Counted from the first letter of the stretch, positions 43,901 through 52,408 are shown. The stretch is 64,000 bases of DNA from Clostridia bacterium (GCA_017453255.1 JAFTKN010000020.1:12399-76398); one strand, 5' to 3'. Numbers and translations: made by a program. The notes: a model not told the origin generated them from the sequence alone.

Positions 43901-45497
43901 GGTTTGTTAATGTTGCACTTGTACCACATACCAAATCTATCTTTTTAATGCTTTGTGGTATTACAGTATCATTTTCAATGTTACTAATATTTGCAAAATA
44001 TTCAACAGATGATAACATATCATTCGCGTAGCTCATCTGCACAAATTTGTTATTATAAGCAACCTTAAAGCCACTCAAGCCTGTTTCGTCAAGTGTTAAA
44101 TCAAATGTTAGTTCTTGCTTATTTGGATATATAACCTTAACTAAATTTTCGTCGCTATCATACTCATATGAGGTTACCTCGCCTAAGGAATTGATGATTT
44201 CCCTTAGTAAGCCGACGTCGTCATCATAATGCAAGGTAATTCCGTTTCCGTCCTTATTACATACTTTGGTAATTTTATATCCATTTGTTGAATAGTGTTT
44301 CGTTCTTTCAATAACTGTATAATTGTCACTATTCTTGTTGTAAATTACACATAAATCACCATCTTCGTTAAAGCCCTTAACTATATTTTCGTCTATTACA
44401 TAATATATAGGTGCTTGTTTTTTCATTACAGCAAGCTCATCATAAAGAACGCTTAATTCCTTACGATAGCTTTCATAATTGTGTTGATTTTCTTCGCTTT
44501 TTTCAAGTAACATATCAATTTGTCCTTGAATATTTGCTAATTGCTTTTTTAACACCGTTTGATTTTCGTCCTCTAAGGTTGTGTTAAATTGGCTTAATAA
44601 AGATCTGTATTGTGCAAGCTGTAATCTTGTAAAGAGATAATTTTCGTTTATGCCAAGCTGTCTATACGAATAACTACTAAATTCGCTTTTATCTGCAATT
44701 TCAAAATCAATTACTCCGTTCTCAAAAACAGCTACATATGATATATAGTCCTCAATCTTTTCTGAATCATCTTCAATAGTCGAAAAATCTACAGTATCAT
44801 AAATGTTTTTTATGTAAGCTCTATTTTTTTCGCCTGTCTTTTGCATTTCATCAATTTGCCATCTGATTAAGTCCATTTGCTCCTCTGTATATGGCTTTTG
44901 AAGAATTAAGGACTCATATGTTAAAACTTCACTTTTTGTCATAAATTTAACTGTTCCGTCAGAAAGAGTTACTTGTACAATATTTTCAAGGGCATTTTCA
45001 TATGAAAATATTTTTTCCTCTATTTTTTTGATTTCTTCATTTCTTTGCTCATATAAATCAGTACCTTCCATTTTACTATATGGAATTTCTGCCTTTAAAC
45101 CGTCGTCTGAATATAGTTCTCTATATGCCTTTGTTTCTTTTGTCAAGGTCATGTATACTAAATCGCCATTAGGATTGATTTTAAGCTGATTTCTTGATAT
45201 CTCATAAGGCTCACCATTTGCATCAACACAATAATATTTGTTTTTCATATAGTGATTTTTTCCAAACGCATCTATATATAGAAACTCTCCAGACTCCTCC
45301 TTGACTCCCTCGCCTAAATTGAGCTTTACTCCGTTTCCAAAGCCATATTTGCTGAGCAAATGAGGCGTAAATATTTGAGAAATTTTAATTCCTAAATTTT
45401 TATCCTCAATACCTTTAAAAATTACTGCTGTTTTGCCTGTGTTTAGTTCTACCTGTAAATCGGCATTATTTACAAGTGATAATGTTTTTTTGTTCAT
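40977..45497 (-). CDS. Rhs / YD-repeat polymorphic toxin with a glycine-zipper hydrophobic C-terminal tip
   Basis: 1506 aa with dozens of YD repeats (..YTYD..G.., ..YEYD..). Rhs-associated core ..NPIRYRSYYYDTETKLYYLNARYYDPTICRFISPDDISYLDP..NLYAYCNNNPVMYVDPSGN. The 168-aa tip (40980-41483) is rich in G, A, S and hydrophobic residues (GAVIGAISSAIS, GSIVGGALGGAFSAGLGFLG). There is no N-terminal signal peptide, LXG or PAAR that I can see. Confidence 0.9.
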   Translation of the reverse strand: MNKKTLSLVNNADLQVELNTGKTAVIFKGIEDKNLGIKISQIFTPHLLSKYGFGNGVKLNLGEGVKEESGEFLYIDAFGKNHYMKNKYYCVDANGEPYEISRNQLKINPNGDLVYMTLTKETKAYRELYSDDGLKAEIPYSKMEGTDLYEQRNEEIKKIEEKIFSYENALENIVQVTLSDGTVKFMTKSEVLTYESLILQKPYTEEQMDLIRWQIDEMQKTGEKNRAYIKNIYDTVDFSTIEDDSEKIEDYISYVAVFENGVIDFEIADKSEFSSYSYRQLGINENYLFTRLQLAQYRSLLSQFNTTLEDENQTVLKKQLANIQGQIDMLLEKSEENQHNYESYRKELSVLYDELAVMKKQAPIYYVIDENIVKGFNEDGDLCVIYNKNSDNYTVIERTKHYSTNGYKITKVCNKDGNGITLHYDDDVGLLREIINSLGEVTSYEYDSDENLVKVIYPNKQELTFDLTLDETGLSGFKVAYNNKFVQMSYANDMLSSVEYFANISNIENDTVIPQSIKKIDLVCGTSATLTNQEQQIVEAYTFDADGRITEHCVLENGKYTKAEKYEHVGMGKYNVSSVQENGLYGETVTFENMCQSTVTLDAFNRVKSEAVTNKKISDTDNGYKQDIVKTYTYNEKGQVSKVVTNEKIYTDISSPIKELNHIVLLEYNDRGQLLKKQSYTEGEEKANGINIEEHVYDKNGFEIKKITYNSLDPSSKYYEEIEVNEKGQKIAEFDLLGKNRTMYEYFDGTNTVCSTKYPNGSRYSFGFDNMNGNSAITQSTADGEENSIQKIYTNGLLTKVISDSNTYEYTYDYKDRVTSVTINGNEYAQYLYEKDNTTNTEKTTVTYADGSIEKHEVSPTTETKEIIKGESSKKLIKVISNGKVTSIIQQENGVNVNIIKYTYDSCGKLSTERLYEYLEDGELNEIYSQTYTYTANGKISCETINSTTNPRAMYNQYTYDILGNLKEYTYVNDGTTHKLKTDCLGRNRGKTISNYVEDIYSEDITYLKNGDHATKLPVAIQYSKKNGEALILGDNIRYKYDKMGNITKIYENGVLTVEHKYDTLGRLVRENNRGLNATAFYSYDNKGNIASKKLYGFSFESERELNESNAYRKIFNYSYDMVGNLISFDGNEITYDLLGNPTAYKGKTLEWGSGRKLTSYGDITFEYDAFGRRISKTGDSEITYEYNMQNQIFRQSNGIKFFYDNNSSVYAFEYLGEKYFYRKDIFGNVIEILDSEGNTVVKYVYDAWGNHSVLDANGAAITDEAHIGRINPIRYRSYYYDTETKLYYLNARYYDPTICRFISPDDISYLDPETIGGTNLYAYCNNNPVMYVDPSGNFLISILVGAVIGAISSAISYTASTVISFVITGEWNWSWSGFLGSIVGGALGGAFSAGLGFLGNSFLNKTGAFVSGFLTKAGSMQFENWIDGKNHTAKEILIISGFAGIFSFAFSDGSSSDLDTILFNKNLKQFGKNLMDSLEDGAGASLAEFYYSLFGFEKLTQQLVD

Positions 45498-45572
45498 TAA
45501 TTTCTCCTTTTAATTATAGGTCTTTTTTGGTAGATTTTTTCGTAGGGTTTTTCCGCACTGCTTGTTCCTTGT

Positions 45573-45630
45573 ATCTCTATTATCGCATAAAAAAACCGTA
45601 CCTAAACGGTACAGTTTTGCTAAAATCGAA
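45573..45630 (-). repeat. Second copy of the 58-bp terminator/extended -10 cassette (partner 3418-3475), upstream of the Rhs gene
   Basis: 55 of 58 nt are identical. Weaker similarity continues for about 15 nt toward the gene (GAGATACAAGGAACAAG versus GAGATGTAAGGCAGAAAG). Confidence 0.8.
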
Positions 45631-45651
45631 TTTTTTCTAAGACTATGGCAG

Positions 45652-45697
45652 AAAAAAGAGTGAGAACGCATTAAACTGCGCTTTCACTCTTTTTTTA
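45652..45697 (+). repeat. Right copy of the duplicated operon terminator (degenerate hairpin)
   Basis: AAAAAAGAGTGAGAACGCATTA-AACT-GCGCTTTCACTCTTTTTTT. The first 22 nt are identical to 38886-38907. The stem is weaker than in the left copy. Confidence 0.8.
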
Positions 45698-45743
45698 TTG
45701 AAAAAAATGTGCTATAATTAAGAAAAATGCTACGGAGAAGTAT

Positions 45744-47321
45744 ATGCTAACTAATAAAAATCCTGTATTAAAGGGCTTTCATCCCGACCCTTCAATTTTA
45801 AGAGTAGGGGACGACTATTACCTCGCAACCTCTACGTTTCAATGGTTTCCTGGGGTTAATTTGTATCACTCTCGTGACTTGGTAAACTGGGAACAGCTAC
45901 CATCACCATTAAGGAGAGTAAGTCAGCTTGACATGCAGGGAAATCCTAATTCTGGTGGTGTTTGGGCGCCTTGCTTAAGCTATGATAATGGCACATTTTA
46001 TCTTATATATACAAATGTTAAGAATTTCCACGGAATTTTTAAGGACACTCACAACTATCTCGTTACAACGACAGACCTTTACGGCGAGTGGAGTGAGCCA
46101 ATTTATCTAAATTCCAGTGGCTTTGATCCATCACTTTTCCACGATGACGATGGAAGAAAATACCTTGTGAATATGCGTTGGGATCACAGAATGGAAAAGC
46201 ACGATTTTGCAGGTATTTTAATGCAAGAATATTCCGTTCGTGAAAAAAAGCTAATAGGAGAAATTAAAACTATATATAAAGGAACAGAAATTGGTGCAAC
46301 TGAAGCCCCTCACCTTTATAAAAAGGACGGCTATTATTACTTAGTGGTTGCCGAGGGTGGAACAATGTATAATCACGGCGTAAGACTTGCAAGAAGCAAG
46401 GAGCTATGGGGAGAATATGAAAGCGATCCTACACCTGTTCTAACCACGAGAGATAACCCTGAAATGTATATGCAGAGAACAGGGCACGGCTCAATTATCG
46501 ACACTCCCTCGGGCAAATGGTATATTGCATATCTTTGCGCACGCCCTGTAGATGGAAAATTTAGCATCTTAGGTAGAGAAACCTGTATTTGTGAGCTTGA
46601 ATGGGTTGACGGTTGGCTAAGACTAAAAAATGGTGGGGTAGTTCCACCAGAGAGCTACGAGGTTGATTTAGAGGAATGTAAGGTATCACCCTTGCCAGAA
46701 ACGGACTACTTTTCCAGTGGTTTACCTCTACACTATAACACGCTAAGATTGCCTCTTGAAAAAATCGGCTCTTTAACTGATCGTAAGGGCTTTTTAAGGC
46801 TTTATGGAAATGAAGCAATAACCTCTTGGAACAATCAGTCAATGGTTGCAAGAAGGCTTGATAGCTTTAAGGTAGAGGCTACTGCAGTTCTTGAGTTTGA
46901 GCCGAAAACCCTACAGCAAATGGCTGGACTATCTCTCTTTTATGACACGTATAATTTCCTTTACGCTTATGTAAGCTACGATGAGGAAAGCGGTCAAAAT
47001 TGTATAAGAATAGTTGTTCGTGACAGGCTAAAATTCTACAATCCAATAAAGGACTATCGTGTGCTAATAGGTAACAGTAAAAGAGTACACTTAAGGGTTA
47101 ACGTTGACTATTTAAGGGCTGATTTTTCCTACTCCTTAGACGGAGAAAAATATGAAGCCTTAGCCACAGATCTTGATATTTCCTGCCTGAGTGACGAAGC
47201 CTATTGCGACATCGGACACGAGGGACACACAGGCACGTTTATAGCCCTTTGCTGTCAAGATTTAACAGGAAACAAAAAATATTGTGACTTTGAAAGCCTG
47301 ACATACAAAAGATTGAAATAA
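45744..47321 (+). CDS. xynB: Glycoside hydrolase family 43 beta-xylosidase / alpha-L-arabinofuranosidase
   Basis: 525 aa. NPVLKGFHPDPSILRVGDDYYLATSTFQWFPGV.. is the canonical GH43 XynB-type N-terminus. It has a C-terminal beta-sandwich. Confidence 0.85.
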   Translation: MLTNKNPVLKGFHPDPSILRVGDDYYLATSTFQWFPGVNLYHSRDLVNWEQLPSPLRRVSQLDMQGNPNSGGVWAPCLSYDNGTFYLIYTNVKNFHGIFKDTHNYLVTTTDLYGEWSEPIYLNSSGFDPSLFHDDDGRKYLVNMRWDHRMEKHDFAGILMQEYSVREKKLIGEIKTIYKGTEIGATEAPHLYKKDGYYYLVVAEGGTMYNHGVRLARSKELWGEYESDPTPVLTTRDNPEMYMQRTGHGSIIDTPSGKWYIAYLCARPVDGKFSILGRETCICELEWVDGWLRLKNGGVVPPESYEVDLEECKVSPLPETDYFSSGLPLHYNTLRLPLEKIGSLTDRKGFLRLYGNEAITSWNNQSMVARRLDSFKVEATAVLEFEPKTLQQMAGLSLFYDTYNFLYAYVSYDEESGQNCIRIVVRDRLKFYNPIKDYRVLIGNSKRVHLRVNVDYLRADFSYSLDGEKYEALATDLDISCLSDEAYCDIGHEGHTGTFIALCCQDLTGNKKYCDFESLTYKRLK

Positions 47322-47350
47322 AAAATGCGACACCCTGTGTCGCATTTTTA
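47321..47350. terminator. Bidirectional terminator (GH43 gene / lipoprotein gene)
   Basis: ATGCGACAC-CCT-GTGTCGCAT flanked by an A-run and a T-run. Confidence 0.75.
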
Positions 47351-47360
47351 TTTAATTTGA

Positions 47361-47957
47361 TTAATTAACAGTTTTTTTGAACAAGCGGATTGAGTTTATA
47401 AATATTGAACCAACTTGTGGGTCGGTTTCAAACGCTGATGATGTTGTCACTGTTGCAATACCTGCAACCCTAACCCCAGAATTGTAAATAAAAGCCATGG
47501 TTTGGGTAATAATAATTCCACCGCCTCTGTCATATTCAAGTCGATAAACACCGGGGGCAAGCTCCTCATATTTTGAAACCTCATATCCTTCAGCGTTAAG
47601 TGCAGCAACGAAAGTGCTTTCAAATTTTCCGAGTGTCATTGGCTCGTATTCTTCACCCTCCTCAGTTTCCCCGTACGTAAGCGAGAGAGAAGAACCAGTC
47701 ATCAGATCAATTACGGCAACGGAACCCTCATTTCCCTGCACGTTTTCTGATGTTGTTAGACTTGCTGGATAATAGAAAGCAACATTATTGTTTTCGTACA
47801 ATTTGTATCCACTTGGTTGTTCTGTAACTGAGCCTAATTCAAACGAATCACCATCGTCACCATTGTCGCCATCACCATTTCCACCACAGCTTGCAAAAAC
47901 AAGCATTGAGGCGAAAATTAACGCAAATACCATTAAAATGCTTAGAAATTTTTTCAT
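47361..47957 (-). CDS. Lipoprotein (unknown function), paralog a
   Basis: MKKFLSILMVFALIFASMLVFASCGG has a lipobox (FASC). I chose the start at the second ATG, which has proper RBS spacing. ..NNNVAFYYPASL.. resembles ..NSEIYFAYPENW.. in the neighbouring gene. Confidence 0.6.
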   Translation of the reverse strand: MKKFLSILMVFALIFASMLVFASCGGNGDGDNGDDGDSFELGSVTEQPSGYKLYENNNVAFYYPASLTTSENVQGNEGSVAVIDLMTGSSLSLTYGETEEGEEYEPMTLGKFESTFVAALNAEGYEVSKYEELAPGVYRLEYDRGGGIIITQTMAFIYNSGVRVAGIATVTTSSAFETDPQVGSIFINSIRLFKKTVN

Positions 47958-48017
47958 TGTCATTCTCCTTAAATTTTAATCTTGGTAAGATTATTATATC
48001 ACCAAATTATAATTTTG

Positions 48018-48542
48018 TCAATTAATACCTAATGTATTAAATACAGTTCTAACAAGGGAAAGGTCGTCAGTTACCTCGGTTATCATTACGTTATACATTC
48101 CGTCATGTGCCTTAAACATATATATGGTTTGCTTCATATTAATACCGTTTGTGCTTGTGTCGTAGCTAATTGTAGCAATATCAAAGCCCTTTGTTAAATC
48201 GTGAGTGATCGTTAAATTGCTAACCTCCAAGCCAGAGGCAGTAAGTGAGGGTAAAAGATATTTATTAAAGCTATCAACCGTTAAATTATCAAGGTTAGAG
48301 TGGTATTCACCCTTAGACACGGTTATATTGTTACCGCCAACACTTGGCATAAGCCTTGTAACCTCGTTGATCGTTTGTGAAATCCAATTTTCAGGATAAG
48401 CAAAGTAAATCTCGGAGTTATAAAACATAATGTACCCCTTTGGTGCATCAGGTATATTAACCTCCTCCTTACAGCTACTTAAGGCTATAACAGAAAATAG
48501 CATTAAAGCTACCAATAGAAATATTAAAAAGCGTTTTTTCAT
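48018..48542 (-). CDS. Lipoprotein (unknown function), paralog b
   Basis: MKKRFLIFLLVALMLFSVIALSSCKEE has a lipobox (LSSC). The start at 48542 lies behind AGGGGG. Confidence 0.6.
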   Translation of the reverse strand: MKKRFLIFLLVALMLFSVIALSSCKEEVNIPDAPKGYIMFYNSEIYFAYPENWISQTINEVTRLMPSVGGNNITVSKGEYHSNLDNLTVDSFNKYLLPSLTASGLEVSNLTITHDLTKGFDIATISYDTSTNGINMKQTIYMFKAHDGMYNVMITEVTDDLSLVRTVFNTLGIN

Positions 48543-48671
48543 AAAACCCCCTAAAGCTATTCTCATTAAGTATATCATAATTATAATATCTTATTTATAA
48601 AAAGTCAATGCTTGACAGAAAGGAAATAAGCATTTATAATAATTATATAATAATTCTCGTAGGGGGCATTT

Positions 48672-49280
48672 ATGGCTATAAAAAATATAATCTTTGATTT
48701 CGGACAGGTTTTAGTATATTTCCAAACAAAATATATGGTTGATACCTATACAGATAATTTAGAGGATAGAAAATTACTTAGCGAGGTTGTCTTTGATAGG
48801 CTCTATTGGGACAGGCTTGATGCAGGAACTATTTCAAATGAGGAAACAGTTGAGCAGTGCAAAAAAAGACTACCACAAAGGTTACATAGCCTTTGCGAAA
48901 AAATCTACTATAATTGGATTTATAATATCCCTGAAATTGAGGGAATGAGAGAGCTTTTAAAATATTTAAAAAGCACATACGGAGTAAAATTATATCTCCT
49001 TTCCAATATATCAAAGTATTTTTCCTCTCACAAGGACGAAATTGAAATTTTAAAGGAGCTTGACGGCTATGTTTTTTCTGGAGAAATAGGCATAACCAAG
49101 CCAAGCGATGCAATTTTTCAGCACCTACTCGAAAAATTCAATCTAAAAGCCGAGGAATGTATCTTTGTTGACGACCGAATTGATAATATAGAGGGTGCAA
49201 TCCGTAACGGACTAAACGGCTATGTCTTTGACGGAAACGCCCAAAAGCTCAAGGAGTATCTTGACAGAATATTGAAGTAA
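48672..49280 (+). CDS. HAD-superfamily hydrolase (subfamily IA-like)
   Basis: 202 aa. Motif I-like IIFDFGQVL, ..LLSNIS.. and ..FVDDRIDNIEGA.. (motif IV). Confidence 0.7.
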   Translation: MAIKNIIFDFGQVLVYFQTKYMVDTYTDNLEDRKLLSEVVFDRLYWDRLDAGTISNEETVEQCKKRLPQRLHSLCEKIYYNWIYNIPEIEGMRELLKYLKSTYGVKLYLLSNISKYFSSHKDEIEILKELDGYVFSGEIGITKPSDAIFQHLLEKFNLKAEECIFVDDRIDNIEGAIRNGLNGYVFDGNAQKLKEYLDRILK

Positions 49281-49307
49281 AAAGGAGCAGAAATCTGCTC
49301 CTTTTTG
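49281..49307. terminator. Bidirectional terminator (HAD gene / GDPD gene)
   Basis: AAAGGAGCAG-AAAT-CTGCTCCTTTTT. Confidence 0.75.
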
Positions 49308-49333
49308 ATATTTAAAATACTGTAAACCATTAT

Positions 49334-50161
49334 TTATCTGTTTTGGATATAATCCTTTAGCATTAAAAGCCAGTCAGTTTGGATAATGTCAAAGCCCTTG
49401 TCAATTAGCCAGCCCCAGCCCTTTTGTGGGTTGTCACCTAAGGATATGTCGTCGGTGTGGTGGGCAGAGATTACGTCTGCCTCGTTATAAATAATTGAGT
49501 TTGCCCACAAAAGAAGTCCCTTAGAGTGCATGCTTTCCATATATTCGTCGCTTACACATTCACATTCTTCTGTGTTGAAAAGAATCTCAGCACCAATTAT
49601 ATTAATTCCCTCTGAAATAAGCCTGTCGGTAGCATTATCCTTACCCCAATACAAAGGCATAAACATAAGTCCCTTAGCGTGTGTTTTTAATAAATTAATG
49701 CAGTTTTCGTCAACGTAGCTCTTAACAATAACCTGCTTTTCAACGCCACATTCATATATAACCTTAGAAATACCCTCAATATCAGTCCAAAACTTATCAA
49801 CATTTATGTAAACCTTATCCTTAAGAAGCTCAAAAACCTCCTTAAGAGTAGGCACATAATAGCTTGTAATTACGCTGTCCTGATTATATAGTCTGAGCTT
49901 TCTAACCTCGCTTGAATCAAGCTCTGAAATAGGCTTTGACTTTAAAAATACATGCTCCATTCCTGGATGGAATACAAAAAGCTCTCCATCCTTAGATCTT
50001 GCAACATCAAGCTCAATTATATCAGCTCCTTGATTTATTGCAGTTTTGAATGCAGTAATGCTATTACAAGGAACATTTGCTCCACAAACGCCCCTGTGTG
50101 CAACCAAAAATGGAGCACCCTTAATTTTTCTGTTTTCTAAAATACTTTTGTTAAAATCCAT
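49334..50161 (-). CDS. Glycerophosphodiester phosphodiesterase family protein
   Basis: 275 aa. VAHRGVCG.. with ..ADIIELDV.. (HR..E.D signature). Confidence 0.75.
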   Translation of the reverse strand: MDFNKSILENRKIKGAPFLVAHRGVCGANVPCNSITAFKTAINQGADIIELDVARSKDGELFVFHPGMEHVFLKSKPISELDSSEVRKLRLYNQDSVITSYYVPTLKEVFELLKDKVYINVDKFWTDIEGISKVIYECGVEKQVIVKSYVDENCINLLKTHAKGLMFMPLYWGKDNATDRLISEGINIIGAEILFNTEECECVSDEYMESMHSKGLLLWANSIIYNEADVISAHHTDDISLGDNPQKGWGWLIDKGFDIIQTDWLLMLKDYIQNR

Positions 50162-50162
50162 A

Positions 50163-52163
50163 TTAATCTCCTTCAGGTAAATATTGTGATAATCTTAAAA
50201 ATACATATCTTGATAAGCCACAGTCTGGTGTTTTGGGGAATTTAGTAGCAATTTTATGAGAAATTTCCTCGCTAAAGCTATGAAATCCACCACCATTTAT
50301 CATATCTGGGTTATAAATTGCATATGCTGTGCCATTTAATTGAATTTTTGAAAGGTTAGTCATAAAGGTGTTTTTTGCATTTAATAAATGATTTCTATCA
50401 CCACTTAAAAGATAGTAGAGTAGGTCTGCCTCGCCACGCCAAATTGACCATGCGTGACCTGCACAAATTGCAGGGCCGTCGCCATCACCCTCCCATTGTG
50501 TTTCCCACCAACGAAGAGAGGAATTATACATTTGACAAATAGGTGTGTTTATTACCCAGCTTTTATGTATATCAAGAATTTCCTTAGCCTTTTTTAGATA
50601 CGTGTCGAGGTTTTTTCTGTTTTTGCAGTAGTAAAGCAAAAGCAAAGCACTGCAGGAAATTGAGCCGTCCTCCATTTCCATTTCGCACTCCTTGCTTCTT
50701 CCACCCTCGGTTGGGAAAAGCATACCACGCTTATATACATATTCTGCCATTTTGTCAGCTGATAAAAAGCATTTTTGACTAAGCTCACTATCTATATCCT
50801 TAAAGTAGTTAGCTACGTCTAAAATTGGTATAATAGGACAGCAAACGGTTGTGTAATCCTCGCCCTCGCCATTTTCCCATATAACCTCTATACGCCCGTC
50901 ATCTCTCTGGTAATAGTCGATAAGACAATTTGTAGCGCCTTTTAAATAGGTTAAATATTTTTCGTCCTTAAAATATTTATAAGCATCTAAAAGAATTGTA
51001 ATTCCGAAAAATAGCTCCTGCACACGTCTTGATTTATATACATTATAGGCTAAAAAGCTGTCGCGAGGCTTATTTAGTATTGTAATTCTTTCAGTAGCCT
51101 TGCTTTCGTCATTTTCTGTAATAATATCAAGGTATTTAATTACCTTTTTTTCAATTTCTCTGGTTTCTTTAGCAGAGAGCTTATTCTTATATTTTAATAA
51201 GAATCTAATGGAAGCACTTATCCAGCATTGATGCTCGCATAGGTTTCTATCCGTGTGATTTTCCATTACCTCTAAATCAATAGAAAGGATAGCTTTTTTG
51301 TATAAGGTAAATATGTCGCTAAAGCAATATGCAGTAGCCGAAGCACCCTTTTTCCCTTTGTAAAATGGCGTAAGCGTAACTTCTCCCTCGTTAAGTAGCT
51401 TAACGCTATCTAAGGTGTCAAGAGGTGCTTTTTCCTCACCCTGTGTCGTTAAAATTGTGTCACAATCACCGTGAGTGGTAAGAGAAAGCTCTGTCCCAGC
51501 CTCACCACCACTTAGCTCATAGCTTAAAAAGGGAAGATTATAAAGCTTAGCTAAAATATCAAGTCCGTTTTTAAAGCTGTCGCAGGCAAATAAGCCAACT
51601 TTAAATCTGCCACCGCCACTTTTTCCACCATATGCTTTGTCAAACTCCTTAAAAAGCTTAAGGCTTATAAAGTAATGCCCCCAGCCATAAGGTGAATAGT
51701 CCATTTTCCACCCACAGCCATCAAATAGGCAAGCCATTATACAGTTACCATTCGGCTTAGAAAGATAAGCATAAGTAATATTGTTTTCTGAATAGGGCGA
51801 GTTAAGCAAAAATTGATTTTCCCAACCACCACCATTCAGCTTCCCCATAAAATTGAAGGGAAGGGACAAGCCAAGCTCTGAAATATCAGGTCTTTCACAG
51901 CAAATTTCTAACAAAACGCCCTTTTCGATTTCTGTAATTTCAAGCGTAGCACCAAGCTCCTTGCTAATCCACAGGCTTCCTTCTTTAATAAAGGAATCCT
52001 GCCTGTCTATATAGGGGGTAGCTGACGGCTTTTTCCCTTTTGTTATATCGTCACCTGTGAGAGTATAGCAAAGGGTGATTTCACCATTGAAAATTAAATC
52101 ATCAATTTTCCTCGTGTCATAAAACGTAAAAGCGCTTTTATCATAGATAATCAATAAAATCAC
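50163..52163 (-). CDS. Large soluble protein of unknown function (possibly an alpha/alpha-barrel glycosidase-like fold)
   Basis: 666 aa. It ends 1 nt upstream of the GDPD gene start (operon). The start is a GTG at 52163 or a TTG at 52154 behind GAGGTG. Only weak fold-level impressions (W-rich ..RWWETQWEGDGDGP..HAWSIW..). No firm family. Confidence 0.5.
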   Translation of the reverse strand: MILLIIYDKSAFTFYDTRKIDDLIFNGEITLCYTLTGDDITKGKKPSATPYIDRQDSFIKEGSLWISKELGATLEITEIEKGVLLEICCERPDISELGLSLPFNFMGKLNGGGWENQFLLNSPYSENNITYAYLSKPNGNCIMACLFDGCGWKMDYSPYGWGHYFISLKLFKEFDKAYGGKSGGGRFKVGLFACDSFKNGLDILAKLYNLPFLSYELSGGEAGTELSLTTHGDCDTILTTQGEEKAPLDTLDSVKLLNEGEVTLTPFYKGKKGASATAYCFSDIFTLYKKAILSIDLEVMENHTDRNLCEHQCWISASIRFLLKYKNKLSAKETREIEKKVIKYLDIITENDESKATERITILNKPRDSFLAYNVYKSRRVQELFFGITILLDAYKYFKDEKYLTYLKGATNCLIDYYQRDDGRIEVIWENGEGEDYTTVCCPIIPILDVANYFKDIDSELSQKCFLSADKMAEYVYKRGMLFPTEGGRSKECEMEMEDGSISCSALLLLYYCKNRKNLDTYLKKAKEILDIHKSWVINTPICQMYNSSLRWWETQWEGDGDGPAICAGHAWSIWRGEADLLYYLLSGDRNHLLNAKNTFMTNLSKIQLNGTAYAIYNPDMINGGGFHSFSEEISHKIATKFPKTPDCGLSRYVFLRLSQYLPEGD

Positions 52164-52221
52164 CTCAAAAATATTTTATCATATAAAGAAGCAAATTTCA
52201 ATAAATAAAAAACAGGCATCG

Positions 52222-52408
52222 CTAAGCGTGATACTCTTAACGGAGTATTCACGCTTAACTATGATTGCCCTCACGGGCAAGTTATGAGTTATGAGATGCT
52301 TCGCATCGTTATGATTGGCTTTGCCAAGTTTTAGGGTTAGTAGGGCAATCATACCATAACATTTGCGCAGCAAATTCATAACGGTGAGCGTTGGCGAGCC
52401 TTATAACT
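52222..52408. repeat. Array of short, sequence-diverse hairpins punctuated by the heptamer GTTATGA / TCATAAC (BIME-like)
   Basis: The order is: TTGCCCTCACGGGCAA, GTTATGA, GTTATGA, GATGCTTCGCATC, GTTATGA, TTGGCTTTGCCAA. The orientation then flips: CATAAC, ATTTGCGCAGCAAAT, TCATAAC, GGTGAGCG..CGAGCC, TTATAAC. A long hairpin at 52222-52258 precedes the array. Confidence 0.8.

Larger units (their letters stand above)
38927..45651. other. Rhs toxin/immunity island, inserted between the two copies of the operon terminator sequence
   Basis: Bracketed by the 22-nt identical AAAAAAGAGTGAGAACGCATTA (38886-38907 and 45652-45673). By eye it is more AT-rich than its flanks. It contains the Rhs gene, three immunity-like paralogs and a Rhs vestige. 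Confidence 0.6.

Noticed and set aside
45698-45718. A canonical promoter for the GH43 gene (TTGAAA ... TGCTATAAT).
   Set aside because: The TTGAAA is only 9 nt from the -10, so it cannot serve as a -35. An extended -10 (TG at 45710-45711, TATAAT at 45713-45718) alone is plausible, but it is too weakly supported to list as a feature.
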